Assembly: GCA_945897885.1 (NCBI GenBank)
Contig: CAMDGU010000008.1
Span: forward strand, 817 to 64,816
Source: Chitinophaga pinensis
GTDB lineage: Bacteria > Bacteroidota > Bacteroidia > NS11-12g > UBA9320
Direction: 5' to 3'
Length of the DNA stretch: 64,000 nt
This document shows positions 1 through 9,812 of the stretch, one piece after another. A program made the translations under genes and the position numbers. A model generated the notes under the pieces. It was given only the letters and a program-made list of their open reading frames with translations, was not told where the DNA came from and ran no database searches. Within the stretch, counting starts at the first letter, position 1. Each line of letters opens with the position of its first letter.

Positions 1-925
1 GGTTGGGGGCACCTTGAATGCTAAAAAATTAGACATACAAACGGGTATTGGTAACGATTATTTAGGTTGGTTACTGGCACAGTTTACCTATGCTACTAGC
101 AGCAGTGGCGGTACTGCAAACTTTGACTTTAGAAGCATAGCATCTCGGCTAGGTTCTACCTATACCGCATATTCTAATGGTAGCGAGGTTTTTAGTAGCA
201 ATACAACTTGTACTGCTAAAGTAATTTCTGCGCAAGGGTGCGGTGGTTTAACAACGGTTACAGGAGCGAGCAGCACTGTGTATGATTTAGTAAATATCAA
301 CGGGCAATGCTGGATGAAGACCAACTTAAAGGAAGTTTCTACAGCCCCAATATCAGATGCACCTAACACTGGACGCAATGTATGGACTAATACCAATAAA
401 CCCGATAGTGGATATTGGGGTTACTATAACACCACGACAACTTCTGGTGCTTCAGGTTGGGCTACAACAGTGCCAGCAACTGGCGAAGGTTTATTATACC
501 AATGGAGTGCTGCTATGAATAATAGTACTACAGAGCGCGCACAGGGAGTTTGCCCCACTGGTTTTCATATACCAAGTGATTGCGAGTGGATGTACCTAGA
601 GCACGGGCAAGGGATGAGTATTGCGCAGCAAACTTCAAATGGTGCTTGGCGAACTACTACCGGTGAGTCCTCTAAACTTTCTACGTTAACTAACTATGGC
701 ACAGGCACCAACACCTCCGGTTTCACTGCCCTGCTTACAGGCTGGCGCGACCCAACAACCGGTGGCAATTTCTACGGTCGTGGGTACGACTGCGGCTGGT
801 GGTCTTCGTCAGAGGTTGGCCCTACCAATGCCCGCAATCGCAACTTGAGTTACTTTTCTGCGAGCGTGTACCGCTATAACGACCCTAAGGCCTGGGGCAA
901 TTCTGTCCGTTGCCTTAAGGATTAG
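1..925 (+). CDS. FISUMP (Fibrobacter succinogenes major paralogous) domain protein, 5'-truncated by window edge; candidate DGR target
   Basis: Motifs INGQCWMKTNL, GLLYQWSAAM, QGVCPTGFHIPSDCEW, SGFTALLTG, WWSSSE and C-terminal SVRCLKD. The frame stays open back to the window start. Confidence 0.85.
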   Translation, partial: VGGTLNAKKLDIQTGIGNDYLGWLLAQFTYATSSSGGTANFDFRSIASRLGSTYTAYSNGSEVFSSNTTCTAKVISAQGCGGLTTVTGASSTVYDLVNINGQCWMKTNLKEVSTAPISDAPNTGRNVWTNTNKPDSGYWGYYNTTTTSGASGWATTVPATGEGLLYQWSAAMNNSTTERAQGVCPTGFHIPSDCEWMYLEHGQGMSIAQQTSNGAWRTTTGESSKLSTLTNYGTGTNTSGFTALLTGWRDPTTGGNFYGRGYDCGWWSSSEVGPTNARNRNLSYFSASVYRYNDPKAWGNSVRCLKD

Positions 926-965
926 ACCAGATAGCTATCGGGATTGATATTTGATTTATTTAGGC

Positions 966-994
966 AAACCAGACCGCCAAAGGTGGTCTGGTTT
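966..994 (+). terminator. 13-bp hairpin after FISUMP stop (terminator and/or DGR target-recognition hairpin)
   Basis: AAACCAGACCGCC-AAA-GGTGGTCTGGTTT followed by a T tract. Confidence 0.7.
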
Positions 995-1008
995 AATTTT
1001 TTTTAAAC

Positions 1009-2553
1009 ATGACCTTGCAAGATAAAATTACCTTACAAAGTAAAAATCACTTTAAAGCCTTGGCTTTTAAGGAGGGCTTTTTTTACAAAGTTCACAATGA
1101 AGGTGCTTGGTTTTTGCGTAGCAAAAATTTTAAGATGCAACAAATAGGTAAAGGAACACACAAATCTGTTTTAAGTTTGAGTGGGATACAAAAAATCATT
1201 ACCATAACGTTATACTTTATACTTTTAACTTTTTACTGCACAGCTCAAGACAGCATTCGCATTAGTGGTCAATTTTTGCACAATAACCGCTTTGCTAAAG
1301 TAGTGGTGAGTAAATTTGGGGTGGGTAGTTTTCCTATTGCCGCAGTTCCTATTCAAGAGGAAAAATTTAGCCTAAGCGCTCCAGGGGATATTGAGCCTGG
1401 CATATATAGGTTTCAATACAGCCAAACTACCAATGATTATATAGATATTATACTCGATGGTAAGGAGAAAACAATCGCTTTTTCTGTTGATGTATTAAGT
1501 GAAAATAAAGTACCAGAATTTAGTCAGTCTAAAGAAAATCAACTATGGTATAACTACCAAAATCAAAGTAAATTACAAATTCAGAAAATTGAAGTATTGA
1601 ATCAATTTTTAGCCTTGTACCCCAGTGGCACCGATAAAATCATATCGCAAGCATCCAAAGCCTTACAAAAAGAAAAAGAAAATTATACCACCCAAAAGAG
1701 CATCTTTTTAAAAAATAATTCTGCTACTTGGGCAGCGTTCATGGTACAAAACATGTCCTACTATTTCACCAACCCTAAGGATGATTGGCGTATCCAAAAC
1801 TATGAAAAACACCAACATTTTTGGGATAACATAAATACTACAAATCCTCAACTTATTAATACACCATTATACACAGAACTTATTTTAGAATATTTAAAAT
1901 ACTACCTGAATCCGGAGATGCAATTTAGTGAAGAGGAGATGAACCAAGGTTTAAAAAAATGTGTAAATACCATCATGCAAAACTTTAGCGGTAATGAGAA
2001 AACCCAAAAATTTGCCTTACAATATATGCAGCTAGGGTTTAAAGAAATAGGCAACGAAGAATTACTGCAATACCTCGATCAAAACTTTCAAGAACTAGCT
2101 GCCCAATGCCAAGATGATAGTGAAAAGGCAGCATTTGACAAACGGATGGAGGGTTATGCAGCAATGAAAGAAGGAATGCTAGCGCCTAATATAGCCTTTG
2201 ATAGTACCCGGCATAGAGTTAAAAGTCTGTATGAAGTAGAAGCAACGCAAATTTTGGTGGTGTTTTGGGCAAGTTGGTGCCCGCATTGTATGCAAGAAAT
2301 CCCCAAAGTAAATACCTGGGCAAAAGAGCATCTAGCTACTAAAGTAGTAGCCATTAGCTTAGACGATGACAAAGCAGCGTATGAAAAAGCAATCCAAGAG
2401 TTGCCTAATATGATGCATCATACCGATTTGAAAAAGTGGAATGGTAAAGCAGTGAAAGATTATTATGTATATGGAACCCCTACATTTGTATTATTGGATA
2501 ATAACAAGAAGATTATAAAGAAGGCAAGTTCATTTACAGGCACTAATTTATAA
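1009..2553 (+). CDS. TlpA/AhpC-TSA-like thiol-disulfide oxidoreductase with an N-terminally fused MutS-I-like fragment
   Basis: C-terminal VVFWASWCPHC thioredoxin motif and YYVYGTPTFVLLD. A signal-peptide-like segment lies internally at about aa 60-79. The first ~55 aa contain AFKEGFFYKVHNEGAW. Confidence 0.75.
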   Translation: MTLQDKITLQSKNHFKALAFKEGFFYKVHNEGAWFLRSKNFKMQQIGKGTHKSVLSLSGIQKIITITLYFILLTFYCTAQDSIRISGQFLHNNRFAKVVVSKFGVGSFPIAAVPIQEEKFSLSAPGDIEPGIYRFQYSQTTNDYIDIILDGKEKTIAFSVDVLSENKVPEFSQSKENQLWYNYQNQSKLQIQKIEVLNQFLALYPSGTDKIISQASKALQKEKENYTTQKSIFLKNNSATWAAFMVQNMSYYFTNPKDDWRIQNYEKHQHFWDNINTTNPQLINTPLYTELILEYLKYYLNPEMQFSEEEMNQGLKKCVNTIMQNFSGNEKTQKFALQYMQLGFKEIGNEELLQYLDQNFQELAAQCQDDSEKAAFDKRMEGYAAMKEGMLAPNIAFDSTRHRVKSLYEVEATQILVVFWASWCPHCMQEIPKVNTWAKEHLATKVVAISLDDDKAAYEKAIQELPNMMHHTDLKKWNGKAVKDYYVYGTPTFVLLDNNKKIIKKASSFTGTNL

Positions 2554-2561
2554 TTAATTCA

Positions 2562-2760
2562 AACGGCACGTCTTCCCAAGCTCTCGCTTGTGTAATGCTA
2601 ACGGCACCGCCTCCGGCGTGTGATTTTATAGCCGGCCTCTGGCCAAGTAATCTCGGCGGAAGGAATAAAAGCTGCCGCGTCCAACTTCCCTTCTCAAACC
2701 CATTCAATTGTGGCAAAGCCAGGAAGTAAATGTTGCTCCTCAAAGGTATAATGCCTACCT
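2562..2760 (-). mobile_element. Decayed RAYT (REP-associated tyrosine transposase)-like 5' fragment with REP-like hairpins
   Basis: Minus strand reads GRHYTFEEQHLLPGFATIEWV*, resembling RAYT N-termini (Y.F......F..FA.VEW). GC-rich hairpins CAAGC-TCTC-GCTTG (2577-2590) and CGCC-TCC-GGCG (2608-2618) each follow AACGGCAC. Confidence 0.4.
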
Positions 2761-3101
2761 TTTTTTGAATCGGTTTTCTTTCCATTTTAGTTTACTTTTG
2801 TGTAAACCTATTACAGGGTAAGACACTTGCAAGCCTTCTCTGGTTTCTAGTCGAACTGCCGTTATCAGTCACCAATTTTTCTCGGCCAAAAGTTCAACAA
2901 CTTAACAGGCAACGTTTTTTGGGCTTTATCTAATTTGACGGCGCAATTTTCGCTGTGTTTGAATAACATTTCACTTTACCTTACTTGCGTTTTTCCCATT
3001 TTTTATTCTAATTTTTAAAATTTGATAATACAACCATAAACTAAGATTAATAAATGCTTGACCTTGCAATTAGTTATTTGCAAAAATAAAATTTTAGTAC
3101 A

Positions 3102-6100
3102 ATGAAAAAGAAATTACTCCCTAAAGCACTAGTTACATTTACATTAAGTGCATTGTTTGCTTTAGCACTCAAGGCTCAGATCAATCCTCAATTAATTGGT
3201 CGATATACCACCGGAGTATACGACAATGCATCATCAGAGATTTCCGCCTATGATCCCACCTCTAAACGTATGTTTGTTACCTCGGCATACGACACCAGTT
3301 TAGCTGTAGTTGACATTAGTCAGCCCGGCAGCCCTAAATTACTTCAGAAAATCTCCCTTAAACCTTATGGCATAGACATTACTTCTGTTGCTTGTAAAAA
3401 CGGTATTGTGGTTACTGCAATTATTGATTCATTAGGTAAAACAGAAAAAGGCAAAGCCGTATTTTTCAATGCCTCCACCCTAGCCTACATCAGCCAAGTA
3501 GATGTAGGAGCCAATCCCGATATGATAACCTTTTCACCCGATGGCAAACGCGTTTTGGTTGCCAATGAAGGCGAACCAAATGTAGGTTACACCATTGACC
3601 CTGAGGGCTCAGTAAGTATAATTGATATCAGCTCCGGTGTTTCAGGTTTAAATGCATCAAACGTAAAAACAGCAGGATTTACTTCATTTAACGGAACATC
3701 AATTGATAAAAAAATAAAGATTACAGGCAGAGTTCAATCTGCAGGTTCATTTTTAAGGTTGTCTACAGTTGCCGAGGATCTTGAACCTGAATATATCGCA
3801 ATCTCTGCCGATTCAAAAACTGCTTGGGCAACTTGTCAGGAAAATAACTGTATCGCTGAAATAGATATTGCTACTGCCACCGTAACAAGATTAATTCCTT
3901 TGGGTTACAAAAACCACAAGCTTACCGGCAATGCACTTGATGCAAGCGACAACGGTGCCACAATCAATATAGCCAATTACCCTGTATTTGGAATGTATGA
4001 GCCGGATGCCATTTCTGCTTATAAATTTGGTGACACCACCTATTTACTTACTGCTAATGAGGGTGATGTTAGAGCCGACTGGGGAACTGCCAACTCTGAA
4101 GAAGTTAGATTTGGAAGTAGCAGCTATGTTGTAGATACTGCAAAATTTGGCGGAGCCTCAGTAGTTTCAGCAATGAAAGCCAATACTGCCATGGGTCGTT
4201 TAACTGTAAGCAATAAATACGGTGACTTTAACAACGATGGAAAATTTGATTCTGTTTTTTGTTTTGGAGCACGTTCGTTCACAGTTTGGAACGCAACTTC
4301 CCGCAAGCTAACATGGGATAGTGGTGAAGAGTTTGAACAACGTTTGTCCAAATTATATCCAAACAACTTTAATGCAAGCCATACAAATAATACATTGGAT
4401 AACCGCAGCGATGATAAAGGACCAGAGCCGGAAGCCATCACCATCGGGAAAATATTAGATTCAACTTATGCTTTTGTAGGACTTGAAAGAATTGGCGGTA
4501 TAATGATTTACAACATTACAAACCCACGCCAACCCTATTTCGTAAACTACATTAATACACGTAATTTCACCATTACTCCAAGCGTTGCTAATGTTAACAC
4601 CGTTGGTGACCTTGGTCCTGAAGGTTTGGTTTTTGTGCCGGGTGCCGAAAGTCCAAATGGCAAGGATCTGTTATTGGTTTCAAATGAGATTAGCGGCACT
4701 GTAGCCATTATTCAATTAAATTCCAGAAGTCATTTCCAAATGCAAATCCTTCATTCATCCGATATGGAGAGCAGTGTTCCGGCAGTAATAGATGCACCAA
4801 ATTATGCTGCTATTATGGATAAATTGGAAGACACTCACGTAAATACCCTTAAATTATCCTCCGGCGACAATACACTTCCAGGCCCATTTTTATCAGCCGG
4901 CGAAGATCCGGCCTTACAAACAGTTTTACGCAGCACAGCTTCATCCTACTTTAGTGGTACGCAAGCTGTAAGACCAGCCATAGGCAGAGCAGATATTGCT
5001 ATTATGAATATTCTTGGTTTTAATGCCTCTGCCTTAGGTAATCACGAATTTGATCTTGGTACAAGCGATTTGAATGGTCAGATTGGGGTTGATATTAGAA
5101 GTAATGGTGCTGACAAGCGTTGGTTGGGAGCACAGTTTCCTTATGTAAGTTGTAATCTTGATTTTAGTAAAGATGCGAATCTTAGCTATTTATATACTTC
5201 TCAAATTCTCAGAGATACTGCCTTCAGAACCCTACCAGGTATTACCTCCAACAATCAGAAAAAAGGTATTGCACCATCAATAATTATTGAACGTAATGGT
5301 CAAAAAATTGGGTTTGTTGGCGCTACTACGCAGGTGTTGGCTAAAATATCATCACCCGGTTTCACTTCAATTAAAGGACCACAAGTTGACGATATGCCAG
5401 CATTAGCGGCTATTATTCAGCCGGTTGTTGATTCATTAATAGCCAAAGAAGGCGTTAACAAAATAATCTTACTTGCACATCTTCAACAAATAGTAAACGA
5501 AAAAACGTTAGCTCCACTTTTGAAAAATGTAGATATCATTATTTCTGGAGGAAACCATGCTTTTACTGCCGATGGCAATGATAGAATGACCACCGGTCAT
5601 AAACCTACAGAAAAATACCCTATTCACACCAAAAGCGCCACGGGAGAACCAATGGTAATTTTAAATAATACCAGTGAGTGGAAATATGTTGGACGCTTTG
5701 TTTGTGATTTTGATCAAAAGGGTATTTTACTCCCGCAATTACTCGATTCAACAGTAAATGGTGTGTATGTTAGCGATACCTCAATGGTAACTTCACTTTG
5801 GGGTAGCTACAATGCGGCATTTGCAACTGGAACGCGCGGTGCACTTGTACGTCAAATATGTAATGTAGTAAATAGTATTATTGTTTCAAAAGATGGTAAT
5901 ATCATTGGAAAATCAAAAGTATTTTTAGAAGGTAGAAGAAATCAGGTAAGAACAGAAGAGTCTAATTTGGGTAACTTATCATCCGATGCAAATCTTTGGT
6001 ATGCTAAAAAATACGATGCTCAGGTAAAGGTTTCTATCAAAAATGGTGGTGGAATTAGATCAGCAATTGGCTATGTTAACTCTGTAGGTTCAAATGCGAT

Positions 6101-7997
6101 TTTAGAGCCTACCCAAGCCAATGCAAGCGCTGGTAAACAAAAAGGAGATATTTCACAACTAGATGTAGAAAATTCACTGCGTTTTAACAACCGTTTGGTA
6201 ATTGTAAGCGCTAATGCAGCCGGTTTACGTCGTTTAATCGAACATGGGGTTGCAGCTACCCGCCCGGGTGTAACGCCCGGCCAATTCCCACAAGTAGGTG
6301 GTGTGGCATTTAGTTATGATTCAACTAAAAAAATAGGAAAGAAACTGCTTTCATTGGTAATAATCGACACATTAGGAAATACTAAAGATACGATCCTTCG
6401 CAATGGTTTATATGTAGGCGATACCTCTCGAATATATAAAATTGTTACCTTAAATTTCCTTGCAAACCCATCAGGTGCAGGATCACCGTTTGGTGGCGAT
6501 GGTTACCCGTTTCCTTCAAATATTAAAAGTCGTGTTGATTTAGATACCGCATTCAAAACTCCGGGTACCTCAATATTTTCTGTACCGGGTAGCGAACAGG
6601 ATGCTTTTGCTGAATACATGCTTGCAAAACATAATACTTCAGCCGCATCATACAATGTAAGGGATACCACTATATTGGGAGACAAGCGCATTCAATTATT
6701 GAATGCTCGTCCTGATTACATATTCCCTGAAACCAATAAATTATTAACCATAGCCGAAGCCCGCGCTACTGCTGCAGCAGGATTTGTAAGAACCCGCGGA
6801 ATTATTACACGTGCTTGGGGTAGATTTATTTATATCCAAGACTCGACAGGTGCTATTGCTGTTCGCCAATCAACCGGTGCTATGGTTGATTCAATTTCGG
6901 CCGGAAAACTTAACGTAGGTGATAGTGTTGAAATTTTAGGCCCAAGGAATAATTTTAACAATTACGTTCAAATACAATTTACAAATGGAGCTTATAATTC
7001 ATTAAACAGAGTCATTAAAGTTGCCTCTAAACGTAAACTACCTCCTGTTCAAAACCTTACTATTAAACAACTTCTTGCAAACCCTGAAAACTATGAAAGC
7101 GAATTAGTAAAGATTCAGAATTTAAAAATAACCGGTACAGGCAATTTTACCGCCAGTACCAATTATAATGTTTGGGATGGAAATTTAAAAGGCGACACAA
7201 CAGTATTAAGAGTAATATCCGGCCCAGATACTGAAATAGATGACGGCCAGGGATTAACTATACCTGCAGGACTATTTACATTTGAAGGTATATTAATCCA
7301 ATTTTGTAGCAGTCCTTCAAGTGGATGTACCAGCGGGTATCAGCTTCAGGGAACCCTTAAGTCGGATATACGACCACAAGTTGGTCCATTCAATCTTTTA
7401 GCTCCGGTTACCAATACCAGAGTGGTAGTAAAGGATAATGATGTAACCCCGGTAGAAATCACTTGGGAACCATCTGTTAATGCCGTTCAGTACAAATGGC
7501 TTGCACACATACCGGGAGGCAACTTTAACGCTCCACAGGTGGTAATTCCATCCGATAATGCCGGAACAGCTACAAAACTTATTCTTACTTCTGGCGATAT
7601 AAGTTCATTGATTGGCAAGTTTGGTGTAAACAGAGGAGATTCAATTCAATTAAATTGGATTGTAAGAGCCGTTTCTGCAAATAAAAATGATTCCATTAAC
7701 GCTACTAATTCTTTTACAATTAAACTTGTTAGGGCGCATATCGCAGGATCAAGTCCATCGATTCCAACTCAATCTTACCAGATTTACCCAAATCCGGTGC
7801 AAGACCATTTAAATCTTGGCAATTTCACAGGTAGTGCCGCTAATTATGTCATATACGATGTTAACGGCAGAATAATAACCAACGGTGTTTGTGAGAAAGA
7901 GGTTTCAATAGACGTTAGTTCATTTGCTCCGGGGGTTTATAGTGTTAAATGGCATACTGGCGAAAAGCACTCTTTTCATAAGTTTATAAAACTTTAA
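3102..7997 (+). CDS. T9SS-secreted choice-of-anchor I / 5'-nucleotidase (alkaline phosphatase-like) multidomain protein
   Basis: Signal peptide; choice-of-anchor I motifs (ANEGEP, EDLEPEYI, DNRSDDKGPEPE); metallophosphatase motifs (LHSSDME, SSGDN, ALGNHEFD); 5'-nucleotidase C-terminal domain (NGGGIR, GQFPQV); type A CTD (IYPNPV...HKFIKL). Confidence 0.88.
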   Translation: MKKKLLPKALVTFTLSALFALALKAQINPQLIGRYTTGVYDNASSEISAYDPTSKRMFVTSAYDTSLAVVDISQPGSPKLLQKISLKPYGIDITSVACKNGIVVTAIIDSLGKTEKGKAVFFNASTLAYISQVDVGANPDMITFSPDGKRVLVANEGEPNVGYTIDPEGSVSIIDISSGVSGLNASNVKTAGFTSFNGTSIDKKIKITGRVQSAGSFLRLSTVAEDLEPEYIAISADSKTAWATCQENNCIAEIDIATATVTRLIPLGYKNHKLTGNALDASDNGATINIANYPVFGMYEPDAISAYKFGDTTYLLTANEGDVRADWGTANSEEVRFGSSSYVVDTAKFGGASVVSAMKANTAMGRLTVSNKYGDFNNDGKFDSVFCFGARSFTVWNATSRKLTWDSGEEFEQRLSKLYPNNFNASHTNNTLDNRSDDKGPEPEAITIGKILDSTYAFVGLERIGGIMIYNITNPRQPYFVNYINTRNFTITPSVANVNTVGDLGPEGLVFVPGAESPNGKDLLLVSNEISGTVAIIQLNSRSHFQMQILHSSDMESSVPAVIDAPNYAAIMDKLEDTHVNTLKLSSGDNTLPGPFLSAGEDPALQTVLRSTASSYFSGTQAVRPAIGRADIAIMNILGFNASALGNHEFDLGTSDLNGQIGVDIRSNGADKRWLGAQFPYVSCNLDFSKDANLSYLYTSQILRDTAFRTLPGITSNNQKKGIAPSIIIERNGQKIGFVGATTQVLAKISSPGFTSIKGPQVDDMPALAAIIQPVVDSLIAKEGVNKIILLAHLQQIVNEKTLAPLLKNVDIIISGGNHAFTADGNDRMTTGHKPTEKYPIHTKSATGEPMVILNNTSEWKYVGRFVCDFDQKGILLPQLLDSTVNGVYVSDTSMVTSLWGSYNAAFATGTRGALVRQICNVVNSIIVSKDGNIIGKSKVFLEGRRNQVRTEESNLGNLSSDANLWYAKKYDAQVKVSIKNGGGIRSAIGYVNSVGSNAILEPTQANASAGKQKGDISQLDVENSLRFNNRLVIVSANAAGLRRLIEHGVAATRPGVTPGQFPQVGGVAFSYDSTKKIGKKLLSLVIIDTLGNTKDTILRNGLYVGDTSRIYKIVTLNFLANPSGAGSPFGGDGYPFPSNIKSRVDLDTAFKTPGTSIFSVPGSEQDAFAEYMLAKHNTSAASYNVRDTTILGDKRIQLLNARPDYIFPETNKLLTIAEARATAAAGFVRTRGIITRAWGRFIYIQDSTGAIAVRQSTGAMVDSISAGKLNVGDSVEILGPRNNFNNYVQIQFTNGAYNSLNRVIKVASKRKLPPVQNLTIKQLLANPENYESELVKIQNLKITGTGNFTASTNYNVWDGNLKGDTTVLRVISGPDTEIDDGQGLTIPAGLFTFEGILIQFCSSPSSGCTSGYQLQGTLKSDIRPQVGPFNLLAPVTNTRVVVKDNDVTPVEITWEPSVNAVQYKWLAHIPGGNFNAPQVVIPSDNAGTATKLILTSGDISSLIGKFGVNRGDSIQLNWIVRAVSANKNDSINATNSFTIKLVRAHIAGSSPSIPTQSYQIYPNPVQDHLNLGNFTGSAANYVIYDVNGRIITNGVCEKEVSIDVSSFAPGVYSVKWHTGEKHSFHKFIKL

Positions 7998-8015
7998 ATT
8001 CTAATTCCTAACTGC

Positions 8016-8055
8016 AAACCCGGATCAGCTGTAATGGCTGATTCGGGTTTTTTTT
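8016..8055 (+). terminator. Rho-independent terminator
   Basis: AAACCCGGATCAGC-TGTAATG-GCTGATTCGGGTTT followed by a T run. Confidence 0.85.
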
Positions 8056-8140
8056 ATGCTTAACAAAAAGTCCACTTTGGTTTGACGACATACAATAAAT
8101 CCATAAAAGCATGAACCTCCTAATGGTGATGATTGGCGCT

Positions 8141-8270
8141 TGATAACAGCAGGTAATTATAATACTGGTTTGGGGGTTTGAAAAGTGTGTACTTCCTAAT
8201 ACCTTTGCTATCGTTTGTTAGTTTTGTGCTTCCTGAAGCCGCACCAAAGTTACCTGAAAACCATTTTAAA
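8141..8270 (+). repeat. Degenerate attC-like cassette-boundary element
   Basis: TGATAAC-AG-CAGGTAA ... TTACCTG-AAAA-CCATTT, ~130 bp with terminal inverted boxes, just upstream of an isolated ORF. Confidence 0.35.
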
Positions 8271-8309
8271 ATAATAAATAACACGCTTTAAAAATAATAT
8301 GAATTTAAT

Positions 8310-9089
8310 ATGCATCCCTTGATTTCTAAACTTGGTTTCCAGTCTAGATTTTGGATTCTTTTTATTTGTTTGAATTCCAATTTGTATTCAAATGCTCAGC
8401 CTTTCGTTAATCTTGAATTAGGAGGATTCTTTACAGGTATTAATGATATTCGCAACGGCAATAATGGAACGTTAATTTCTCTGAAAAATGATTTTAATAC
8501 TCCAGTAAGTCCATTTTTAAGGTTGCGTGCTGGTTATTTATTAAATGAAAAAAATCTTTTTTCATTTCTTTATGCTCCCTTAAAAATTGTAGAAACCGGA
8601 ACAATAGAAAAGGATATACTATTTGATGGAAAAAACTTTAAAGCCAACTTACCTATAGAAACTGTTTACAAGTTTAATTCTTATCGCTTTACTTATAATC
8701 GAAGAATTATAAGTAAAGACAATTTTATATTTGGTCTTGGTTTGTCTGCAAAAATTAGAGACGCAGGAGTCTCGTTGAAGAATAGAGCGCTTTTAAGTGA
8801 AAATTTTAGTATTGGTTTCGTTCCTCTTATCAACCTATCAGCCGATTGGGATATATCTCAAAACATGGGTATTAATTTCTTTGGAGAAGGCATAGCTGCA
8901 AGTAAAGGCAGAGCAATTGATCTTTCCTTATCCGGAAGATACAGTTTCTCTAAAATCCTACAAGCAAACATTGGCTATAGACTGCTTGAAGGGGGAGCAA
9001 ACGGAACGAATGGATATAATTTTATTCAGCTTCATTTTATCTTTTTTAGTTTAAACTACTCAGTTAACAAAAACAATAAAAAGCCATAA
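8310..9089 (+). CDS. Hypothetical outer-membrane beta-barrel-like protein
   Basis: Signal-like N-terminus, alternating beta-strand pattern, YKFNSYRFTY and GYRLLEGGA motifs. Confidence 0.6.
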   Translation: MHPLISKLGFQSRFWILFICLNSNLYSNAQPFVNLELGGFFTGINDIRNGNNGTLISLKNDFNTPVSPFLRLRAGYLLNEKNLFSFLYAPLKIVETGTIEKDILFDGKNFKANLPIETVYKFNSYRFTYNRRIISKDNFIFGLGLSAKIRDAGVSLKNRALLSENFSIGFVPLINLSADWDISQNMGINFFGEGIAASKGRAIDLSLSGRYSFSKILQANIGYRLLEGGANGTNGYNFIQLHFIFFSLNYSVNKNNKKP

Positions 9090-9092
9090 ATG

Positions 9093-9366
9093 CTGTGTCT
9101 TGAATCCCTTGTATGCTTGAACTTCTTTCGCATTGTATCCGAAAGCGTCTATTCCAAACTTTCTTGCTAAATATACTGCTCTTTCGTTATGGAATTTCTG
9201 AGAAATGACGATGAATGAATTTTGTCCAAAAATGTCTCTGGCTCTCATAACTGCGTCCAAAGTTATAAATCCCGCATAATCCAAATAGATCAAGCTGTCT
9301 GGAATCCCGTTCTTGACAAGTTCAGCTTTCATGTCTGTCGGTTCGTTGTAATCTGTCTTGCTGTTA
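9093..9366 (-). pseudogene. sanA: Internal fragment of sanA (SanA/YdcF family)
   Basis: NSKTDYNEPTDMKAELVKNGIP..IYLDYAGF.TLD...ISQKFHNERAVY. Both N- and C-termini are missing. Confidence 0.8.
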
Positions 9367-9408
9367 AATATTGCACCCAGCTCAGTTATAGCGGAAACCC
9401 TTTTTCTA

Positions 9409-9456
9409 AAAAACTTCCTCCTATATCATTAGATGCGAATATAGGAGGAAGTTTTT
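9409..9456. repeat. Long inverted repeat / bidirectional terminator-like hairpin
   Basis: AAAAACTTCCTCCTATAT ... ATATAGGAGGAAGTTTTT. Confidence 0.7.
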
Positions 9457-9812
9457 TGGTTTTATTCGTTTCCTCCTATTTTAAAAATCTTTGATTTTTG
9501 GTAGTGAAGTTTTAAGCATTAATTTTTACAGGACGTAATTTAAAAAAGGATTATAAAAGCCAAAGAAACTATTAACGAATGGGGAAGATTAAACGCCACC
9601 TTTAAAAACTTTATCAACTGTACTCAGAATAAAAACCTCAATATTGAGTTTTCAACTTAAAAAAGCTGTTAAGGAGGAATAACTATTAAGTCATTTCTTT
9701 TTTAGAAAACCCAAATTGTATTGAAAGAGAATTTATGATATTAGGCTCTTCATAAATTTTTTATCGATTTTAAAGACTCGAGTTAAGGTGTTTAAAAATC
9801 TTAAAAATAATT

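Noticed and set aside
2543-2785. 80-aa minus-strand ORF as a real gene
   Set aside because: No recognisable motifs; it overlaps repeat/RAYT debris that reads in another frame
9374-9400. tRNA fragment (AGCTCAGTT D-arm-like)
   Set aside because: No anticodon arm, T-arm (GTTCRA) or acceptor stem can be built
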